From Terriglobia bacterium (GTDB taxonomy: Bacteria; Acidobacteriota; Terriglobia; 2-12-FULL-54-10): a stretch of 64,000 bases of DNA. Positions within the stretch are counted from its first letter, which is position 1. Every line of letters begins with the position of its first letter. The position numbers and the translations under genes were made by a program. The stretch covers positions 960,001-1,024,000 of the forward strand of contig CAXVYR010000004.1 in NCBI GenBank assembly GCA_963666975.2. The letters run 5' to 3'. This document shows, one piece after another, positions 57,341 through 64,000 of the stretch. Below the pieces are notes generated by a model. The model had not been told where the DNA came from, did no database searches, and worked only from the letters and a program-made list of their open reading frames with translations.

Positions 57341-58072
57341 TCACGGGTTGTTGCCGCTCCCCTTGTCTTGCCGCGCGGATTCGATTTTCTTCAACATCAG
57401 ATAGACCACCGAGACGGGCAACCCTACCACGTTAAAGTAGCAGCCGTGGACCCATTCCACGAACTTTGACGCTCTGCCCTGAATCGCATAAGCGCCTGCT
57501 TTGCCGAGCGGTTCCCGGGTGGCGACGTATTGTTCAATTTCCTGTTCGGTGAGCCGGCGGAATTTTACGGTGGTCGCGACTACGCGCACGTTTTTCTTGT
57601 GCGCAAGTTTTCGCGCGGGCCGTGGCGCAGACTTCTGCAACGCTCCTTGCAACGCCCCTTGCGATGAAGGCCACAGGAGGCAGAGCCCGGTCAGGACCTT
57701 GTGCTTTTTTCCGGAGAGCAACCGGAGCATCCGCCGCGCCTCTTCCACCGAAGCCGGTTTGCCCAGCGTTCGCCGTCCCAGCACAACCACCGTATCGGCC
57801 CCCAATATGGGGAGAAGGGAAGGTTGTGGAAGCCGCGCCAGGGCAGCTTCGGCTTTCTCGGCTGCCATTCGGGCGACGAACTTGCTTGCGGGCTCGCCTT
57901 TCCTCTGCCGCTCCCGGATGGATGTGCGGATCGCCTTATAATTGATTCCGGCAGCCCGTAGGATTTCGCTTCTTCGGGGGGAGGCCGAGGCCAGGATGAT
58001 TTTTCTCGCCGGGCTGTTCTTGAATGGAAACCCGGATGGTGAACGTCCAGATAAAGACAACGGCGGTATCAT
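57341..58072 (-). CDS. maf: Maf-family nucleoside triphosphate pyrophosphatase
   Basis: IILASASPRR, GADTVV..LGKP, LSGKKHKVLTG, KAGAYAIQG, NVVGLP; start uncertain. Confidence 0.93.
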   Translation of the reverse strand: MIPPLSLSGRSPSGFPFKNSPARKIILASASPRRSEILRAAGINYKAIRTSIRERQRKGEPASKFVARMAAEKAEAALARLPQPSLLPILGADTVVVLGRRTLGKPASVEEARRMLRLLSGKKHKVLTGLCLLWPSSQGALQGALQKSAPRPARKLAHKKNVRVVATTVKFRRLTEQEIEQYVATREPLGKAGAYAIQGRASKFVEWVHGCYFNVVGLPVSVVYLMLKKIESARQDKGSGNNP

Positions 58073-58183
58073 GCTTTACGGTCCTCTTGACGGAAATAGC
58101 GCGTAGCAGGGTATGTTACAAGAGTTATGTTACAATGCGCGCATTGAGAATCCCGTAGTGGCCCAAGCACAGTGGTCTGACCC

Positions 58184-58657
58184 ATGAAGTCTTTCCGAGA
58201 GAGCCTTTCGGCGAATTTCCTAAAAAACATCGAGCGCGAAGTGGGCCGCGAGGAAAGCCTGCGTCTTCTGTGGCCTGTTGTTGTCGGCCGGCGGCTGGCG
58301 GACAATACGCGGTTGAAGGGGATACAAAACGGCCGGTTGATCCTCGCTGTGCCGGACCGCAGTTGGCGCGCATCGCTGGGGTCTGTGGATATAGAGAAAA
58401 TGATTCTGGACGCCGTGAACAGCTTATGGGGAGAGCCTGTCTGTCACTCCATCGAGTTCTTCGAAGACCCCCGGATGGCCCCTCCACCGCAAGAACAACG
58501 GAACAAGCGTCCCCAGCCGCTCCGGGAACCGCCCCCTGTAGATTTGCCAGCCGCTGCAACAGTGGCCGATGATTCCCTCCGGAAGCTCATTGTTCAATCC
58601 GCAAGCAAATACCTTGCCCGGCAGGAGGAAAGCCCTCAGGAGGAAAACCTAAGGTGA
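58184..58657 (+). CDS. DUF721/DciA-family protein
   Basis: LWPVVVG..LADNTR....NGRLILAVPDRSWRASL pattern; overlaps the gatC start. Confidence 0.7.
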   Translation: MKSFRESLSANFLKNIEREVGREESLRLLWPVVVGRRLADNTRLKGIQNGRLILAVPDRSWRASLGSVDIEKMILDAVNSLWGEPVCHSIEFFEDPRMAPPPQEQRNKRPQPLREPPPVDLPAAATVADDSLRKLIVQSASKYLARQEESPQEENLR

Positions 58658-58953
58658 AGATCACCGAAAAAGACGTTCGCTACGTGGCTGCCCTGGCCCA
58701 TTTGGATCTCACGGAAAAAGAAACCGCGCAGCATGTGGCGGAGCTCGATTCGATCCTAACCTACGTGGAAAAACTGAATCAGCTCGACACCTCCACCGTG
58801 GAACCCATGGCGCAAGTGCTCCATGAAGCCGCAGAGCCAACCGCGCTCCGGGAGGACCGCGACCGTCAGGGTTTCCGCCAGGAACAGTCGCTCGGGAATG
58901 CTCCGGAGAGCGGGGCCGGACACTTCAAGGTTGCCAAGGTGATCGCAAGGTGA
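58654..58953 (+). CDS. gatC: Asp/Glu-tRNA amidotransferase subunit C
   Basis: [45 protein letters not shown]. Confidence 0.95.
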   Translation: MKITEKDVRYVAALAHLDLTEKETAQHVAELDSILTYVEKLNQLDTSTVEPMAQVLHEAAEPTALREDRDRQGFRQEQSLGNAPESGAGHFKVAKVIAR

Positions 58954-58960
58954 TTCAAGA

Positions 58961-60439
58961 ATGAGCCTGGACATCAGCAACTGGAAAATCGATGACGTGC
59001 TGCGGTCGCTTCGCTCGCGCGAGGCCACCGCCACCGAAATCTGCCAGGCGAGCCTTGCCCGGATCGCCGCAGAGAACCCCAAGAACAACTCGCTGATCAC
59101 CGTCACCCCAGAGCGCGCCCTGGCTCGCGCCGCTGCAATCGACCGCATGGCAGCCAGCGGGGAGCAGTTGCCTCCGCTGGCCGGGGTTCCGGTGGCCGTC
59201 AAGGACGTCATCGTGACCGAAGGGGTCCGGACCACCTGCGCCTCCCGCATCCTGGATAATTATGTACCGCCCTACACGGCGACCGCCGTCGAGCGGATGG
59301 AAGCGGCGGGAGCCATCGTGGTAGGCAAGGCCAACTGCGACGAGTTCGCCATGGGCTCCTCGAACGAAAACTCGGCGTTTGGGCCGGTCCGCAATCCCCA
59401 CGATTTAGAGCGCGTGCCGGGAGGCTCCAGCGGCGGCTCTGCGGCGGCCGTGGCCTCCGGCATGGCGGTGGTCGCGCTTGGCAGCGACACCGGGGGTTCG
59501 GTTCGCCAGCCGGCTTCTTTTTGCGGCGTGGTGGGATTGATGCCCACTTACGGCAGAGTCTCCCGGTACGGACTGGTGGCCTATGCCTCCTCGCTCGACC
59601 ACATCGGCCCTGTCGGGCGCTCCGTCAAGGACGTGGCCGTGCTGCTGTCGGCGATCGCAGGTCACGATCCCTTGGACTCCACCTCCGCGGCCGTCCCGGT
59701 CCCGAACTACGCCGCGCAGCTCGATGGGGATCTGAAAGGATTCAAGATCGGCGTCCCTCGGGAATACTTCGCCGAGGGCCTTTCCTCCGGAGTTCGCACC
59801 CAAGTGGAAGCGGGCCTCCAGGCGCTCGGCAAACTAGGGTGCGAGATGGTGGACATCACGCTGCCGCACACCGAGTACGCCACCGCCTGCTACTACATCA
59901 TCGCCACCGCCGAAGCCAGCGCCAACCTGGCCCGCTATGACGGCGTCCGCTACGGCTACCGGGCGCCGGGAGCTGCCTCGCTTTCGAAGATGTACCAGAA
60001 GACTCGCGGCCAGGGGTTCGGCGCGGAAGTCAAACGCCGCATCATCCTGGGCACTTATGTTTTGAGCGCCGGTTATTACGACGCCTATTACCGGAAGGCT
60101 CAAAAGGTCCGCCATCTGGTAACGGGGGATTTTGGGGAAGCCTTCGAGAAGGTGGATGCGATTGCGGCGCCTACCTCTCCCACGCCCGCCTTCCGGATCG
60201 GAGAAAAAACGGCCAACCCGCTGGAGATGTACCTGTCGGATGTCTACACCCTCCCCGGCAGCCTGGCGGGAATCCCCGGAATCTCAGTCCCGTGCGGGTG
60301 GAGTTCAGCGGAAGGCGGCGGGAGCTCTCCCGAAAAGAAAAAACTCCCGGTAGGACTTCAATTGCTGAGCAAGCACTTTGACGAAGCCCGGCTACTTTGC
60401 CTGGCGCATCAGTTTGAACTGGCGGGCGGAGTTGCTTAA
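58961..60439 (+). CDS. gatA: Asp/Glu-tRNA amidotransferase subunit A
   Basis: [70 protein letters not shown]. Confidence 0.97.
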   Translation: MSLDISNWKIDDVLRSLRSREATATEICQASLARIAAENPKNNSLITVTPERALARAAAIDRMAASGEQLPPLAGVPVAVKDVIVTEGVRTTCASRILDNYVPPYTATAVERMEAAGAIVVGKANCDEFAMGSSNENSAFGPVRNPHDLERVPGGSSGGSAAAVASGMAVVALGSDTGGSVRQPASFCGVVGLMPTYGRVSRYGLVAYASSLDHIGPVGRSVKDVAVLLSAIAGHDPLDSTSAAVPVPNYAAQLDGDLKGFKIGVPREYFAEGLSSGVRTQVEAGLQALGKLGCEMVDITLPHTEYATACYYIIATAEASANLARYDGVRYGYRAPGAASLSKMYQKTRGQGFGAEVKRRIILGTYVLSAGYYDAYYRKAQKVRHLVTGDFGEAFEKVDAIAAPTSPTPAFRIGEKTANPLEMYLSDVYTLPGSLAGIPGISVPCGWSSAEGGGSSPEKKKLPVGLQLLSKHFDEARLLCLAHQFELAGGVA

Positions 60440-60614
60440 AGCTTCTCCGTTCCTATAGCGGGGAATAGGGCGGGAGCCAGGAATCGACGCTCCGGGTGCG
60501 GCTTGTTTTTCCGGATTTTCTTGTGGCACAATCGGTCCATCATCGGAAGTCCGGCCGGTCGCGGCCAGGCAGAATTCATTTTGCCGCAGAACGAACCCCT
60601 TGAGGGAGGAAAGT

Positions 60615-60953
60615 ATGGAAGCCATTCGGTTGGGAGACACCATCGACGACCACTGTTCGCATTGCCGTTTGCTGACAGACCACTCCGTCGTGGCGTTGAT
60701 TGGCGAGGAAGTAAAAAAGGTGCGCTGCCGCACCTGTAATTACGAGCACAATTTCCGGCATGGCAAGGGCGGACAAAAAAAGAAACCGAAGCTCTCCGCT
60801 TACGAGCAGGTGCTGGCTTCGGTGATGGCGGGAATGCCGGGTGGACCGGCCACGAATGCCGAAGACGACGCCCCGCCGCCCGGCGCAACTCACCGCAATC
60901 GCACCCGCACCCGCACCCTTCCCAAACGCAACCGGCCCCTGTCCCGGCGTTAG
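60615..60953 (+). CDS. Small zinc-ribbon hypothetical protein
   Basis: RLGDTIDDHCSHCR..H..VRCRTC..EH (two CxxC); RBS GGAGG. Confidence 0.75.
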   Translation: MEAIRLGDTIDDHCSHCRLLTDHSVVALIGEEVKKVRCRTCNYEHNFRHGKGGQKKKPKLSAYEQVLASVMAGMPGGPATNAEDDAPPPGATHRNRTRTRTLPKRNRPLSRR

Positions 60954-60981
60954 TTAGCGGACTTTCCTGGCAAGCTTCCGC

Positions 60982-61329
60982 CTACCCGGAAACCAGCGAC
61001 TCAGCCTGCCCGGCCAGCTCGATGGCCCGCTTCGGAGCCGCCGTGAGAAACGGCTCTTGAACCGCCTCTCCTTTTTCGAGCAGCTCCTTCAGGAAAAGGC
61101 CCGCCATTTGGATGGCCATGGCGTCGGTCAGCGTCCGTCCGGTGCGCCGCTCGTGCTCGGCAAAAGCGATATGCGGAAGGGCGATCACAACCCCTTTCCC
61201 GTCGACCAGAAACTTCACATCTACGGTATCGCTATGGCGCGGCGCGATTCCGGTCGTCAGGGTGGAGAAGCGGCAGTGGTATGTTTTTCCGCCGGCGGGA
61301 GAGGAAACAGAAAATTCTTCGTATGCCAT
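60982..61329 (-). CDS. Hypothetical protein
   Basis: 115-aa ORF with RBS (AAGG); GIAPRHSDTVDVKFLVDG motif; protein-like composition. Confidence 0.65.
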   Translation of the reverse strand: MAYEEFSVSSPAGGKTYHCRFSTLTTGIAPRHSDTVDVKFLVDGKGVVIALPHIAFAEHERRTGRTLTDAMAIQMAGLFLKELLEKGEAVQEPFLTAAPKRAIELAGQAESLVSG

Positions 61330-61470
61330 ATACCTTATCCCAATCCAGCCGGTCAGGGAGGCCCCTTCCCTTTTTTACGCTCCCGGCTTCGAGAATTGTA
61401 TCGGAAATTACGGTGAAGCGAGAGGAGGAATTTCTCCTCTGCTGGTCAGCGCCGCACCGATTAACATCGC

Positions 61471-62790
61471 TCAGGCGCGATGGTGCCGCTGCTTGATGAG
61501 GATGGGAGTTCCCTGAAACCCGTACTGCTTGCGCAATTGATTGATCAGAAACCGCTCAAAGGAAAAGTGCAGCCGGTGTTTCTTGTCGGTGAACAGCACG
61601 AAGGTGGGGGGGCTGACGGTGGATTGCGTCATGTAGTAGATCTTGGGCCGCAGGCGGGCAGGGCTGGTGGCTCGGTCGAGATCGATCTTCTGCAGAAAAC
61701 GGTTGAGTCCCGCAGTGGTGATCCGCAAACGACGCGACTCGGCAACCCGGAGCACCTCCGGAAATATCTTCCCTACTCCCAGGCCGGTCTTGGCCGAGAT
61801 AAACAGCCTCGGCGCATACTCCAAAAATTTGAATTTCCGGACGGCTTCCTGCAGCAGCTTCTTCCGGGCAACGCCGCGTTCCTGCACCTGATCCCATTTA
61901 TTCACCAAGATGATTATGGACTTGCCGTCCTCGTGGGCGTAACCCGCGATGGTGGCATCCAGGGCTGCGATGTCTTCCGTCCCATCGATCAAAAACAAGG
62001 CGACGTCGCACATCCGGAGGTGGCGACGGGCCATTACCACGCTCAGTTTTTCGGCCAGCAGCTTCGTCTTGCCTTTGCGGCGGATGCCCGCCGTGTCCAC
62101 CAGCCGGTAGGATTTTCCGTCCTGCTCCATCAGCGTATCCACGGCGTCGCGGGTCGTTCCCGGCGTCTCAGAGACAATCGAGCGGTCGCTCCTCGCGAGC
62201 CGGTTCAGCAGCGTAGACTTTCCCACGTTCGGCCTGCCAATGATGGCGACGTTGATTTCGTCCCTTTTCTCGGCGACCTCGGAGGTGGTGGCGGGAAGCG
62301 CGGCGGTAATCTCGTCGAGCAGATCATCCAAACCGACGCCATGTTCAGCCGAGATGGGGAAAAGCCGGGGAATGCCCAGAGCGTAAAATTCGGCGGCAGG
62401 CGGCATCTGCTTGAGACTGTCCACCTTGTTCACCGCCAAAAGCAGCGGCTTGCCCGTGCGCCGGAGCAGCCTCGCCAGCTCCTGGTCCGATGCGGTGATT
62501 TCGCTTCTCCCGTCCGCCACCATCACCACCTGCTGGGCCTGGTCGATGGCGACTCGGGCCTGGACAATAATCCGCTCCGGAATCTCTGCGGAGTCCCCCA
62601 CCAGCATTCCGCCGGTGTCCACCACTTCAAATTCCTTGCCGAGCCACTCCGCCCAGCCGTAGATGCGGTCCCGCGTCATGCCGGGCTCGTCGCCCACAAT
62701 GGCCCTCCGCCCGCCCGTGATGCGGTTGAACAAAGTGGATTTGCCGACGTTCGGCCGCCCCACGATGACTACGCTGGAAAGCAATGGCAT
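61471..62790 (-). CDS. der: Ribosome biogenesis GTPase Der (EngA)
   Basis: Two GRPNVGKSTL G-domains (TRDR, DTGG, NKVD; TTRD, DTAG, NKWD) and a KH-like tail (PPTFVLF). Confidence 0.97.
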   Translation of the reverse strand: MPLLSSVVIVGRPNVGKSTLFNRITGGRRAIVGDEPGMTRDRIYGWAEWLGKEFEVVDTGGMLVGDSAEIPERIIVQARVAIDQAQQVVMVADGRSEITASDQELARLLRRTGKPLLLAVNKVDSLKQMPPAAEFYALGIPRLFPISAEHGVGLDDLLDEITAALPATTSEVAEKRDEINVAIIGRPNVGKSTLLNRLARSDRSIVSETPGTTRDAVDTLMEQDGKSYRLVDTAGIRRKGKTKLLAEKLSVVMARRHLRMCDVALFLIDGTEDIAALDATIAGYAHEDGKSIIILVNKWDQVQERGVARKKLLQEAVRKFKFLEYAPRLFISAKTGLGVGKIFPEVLRVAESRRLRITTAGLNRFLQKIDLDRATSPARLRPKIYYMTQSTVSPPTFVLFTDKKHRLHFSFERFLINQLRKQYGFQGTPILIKQRHHRA

Positions 62791-63011
62791 AGATTAAGCT
62801 AAATTGTACAGTCAAACGAGGCTGCTCAGCGCAGCGGCCAGAAAACAAGTTGGGAAAAGTAGCTCACCTGCCAATCATCCTAGCTCTCCACCACATTGTC
62901 GTCGGGCAGAGAGTTCCACTGGGCAGACTCAAAATGGATTTCTGTCTTACTGCCGCGTTTTCTTATTCCGAAGGGAGGTTGCCCGCTTCCGAGGACAAAG
63001 GCTCCGGCCTC

Positions 63012-63743
63012 TCACTTTCTTCTGACCAGGAAACCTTGCGGGGAAAAGGTCACCAGATACTTCTCATAATCCGGGTCGCTCGCGAAGCCGGGATTTTCCG
63101 CCAGAAATTCTTTCAAGGCCGTCATGGGGTTGTCGTGACTCCAGGAAGGATCGCCATTCGGCACGCCGGCCAATTGCTGGCAGATGGTGTCAAACAGCAC
63201 CAGATATCCGCCCACGGAAACATACCGGGAAAACAGCCGCAACTCGGCCAGGGTGTGGGTATAGCTGTGGTCTGAATCGAGACAGACCAAAACATTGCTT
63301 TCCCCCGCCAGCTCCTTTTGGAGTTCGCTGTGGACGGCGTCTGACGTCGAGTCGCCTTCAATCAAATGAATTCGGCGGCTGAAGGGAAATGCGGCGATGT
63401 TGTTGCGCGCGGCAGGATTGATCTGTATGTCAATGGAAACCACGCGTCCGTCAATCCCTAAAAGTTCCAGGATGGAAGCATAAAAAACAGCCGTCCCTCC
63501 CAGCGCCACGCCGGTTTCGACAATCATGCGGGGACGCAGCTTGGCCATCAGTTCCTGCAATATCACGAGGTCCGTGGGCCACTGCCAGACCGGCACGCCC
63601 AGCCACTGGACCTGCTTCCATAGCGAGTCATTCCACATCGCTTGGGTCCAGCGGCGGGCCAGGTCCCGTGTTTGCTCCTGAGCCGTATCCTGAGTCGCAT
63701 CTGGGGAGAGCGGTTTTTTCATTTCAGTGTTTTCATTCGCCAA
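63012..63743 (-). CDS. CmcI/cephalosporin-hydroxylase-family methyltransferase
   Basis: WLGVPVWQWPTDL..LQE, IVETGVALGG, EGDSTS, LDSDHSYTH.LAEL, VGGYLVLFDT, NPMTA. Confidence 0.88.
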   Translation of the reverse strand: MANENTEMKKPLSPDATQDTAQEQTRDLARRWTQAMWNDSLWKQVQWLGVPVWQWPTDLVILQELMAKLRPRMIVETGVALGGTAVFYASILELLGIDGRVVSIDIQINPAARNNIAAFPFSRRIHLIEGDSTSDAVHSELQKELAGESNVLVCLDSDHSYTHTLAELRLFSRYVSVGGYLVLFDTICQQLAGVPNGDPSWSHDNPMTALKEFLAENPGFASDPDYEKYLVTFSPQGFLVRRK

Positions 63744-63770
63744 CCCAGCATTCTCCTAATCAGCGTTTTC

Positions 63771-64000
63771 CTAACCTGCCTCGGGCTGCTCTCCCAGTTC
63801 GACCTCGATCTCCATCCGCTCGCGGCCCCGATACAGCGTAACCCGGATCACTTCTCCCGGCTTCATCCTCATGACGTACCGGGACAGGTCCACGGAGCTT
63901 TCAATGGGATTCCCATCAATCGCTACAATCAGGTCTCCGCCGATGACGAACTGTTCATTGCCGATCATGGCCAGCCTTCGTCCGGCCCGTATGCCCGCCC
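63771..64000 (-). CDS. C-terminal PDZ domain of an HtrA/DegP-like protease (partial)
   Basis: AGIRAG..GGDLIVAIDG..PGEVIRVTLYRG..VELGEQP; the 5' part lies outside the window. Confidence 0.75.
   Translation of the reverse strand, partial: AGIRAGRRLAMIGNEQFVIGGDLIVAIDGNPIESSVDLSRYVMRMKPGEVIRVTLYRGRERMEIEVELGEQPEAG

Overview
A GC-rich bacterial chromosomal window. It is most likely from an Acidobacterium; this is inferred from a GWxTD protein paired with a carboxypeptidase-regulatory/barrel protein, a Solibacter-type C-terminal domain remnant and the REP types present. The core genes are rbfA-truB, mglA, a PDZ sensor kinase with an NtrC-type regulator, hsp20-clpB, mutS, ccsA-hemA-hemC-queA, ubiD/mqnL, ilvD, gnd-zwf-pgl, amrS, selB, tatA, maf, dciA-like-gatC-gatA and der. 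Four accessory patches interrupt them: (1) a GH15/GT4 block split by a three-layer nested MITE/REP/MITE; (2) a toxin-antitoxin pair between two copies of a 166-bp duplicated queA/ubiD junction; (3) a TonB-dependent receptor bracketed by an 81-bp repeat; (4) a decaying 46-54 kb region holding an intact two-gene module (Ser/Thr kinase-class III cyclase-TM-DUF4384-like protein plus a secreted DUF4384-like partner). The best novelty candidates are that kinase-cyclase receptor/partner module, a 133-nt structured RNA next to the RBS of a DedA/VTT gene, and an anti-sigma kinase-STAS fusion with an internal start. Many 11-15 bp tandem duplications are scattered across the window. No rRNA, tRNA or CRISPR array was seen. 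All family assignments come from motif recognition by eye; no database search was run.
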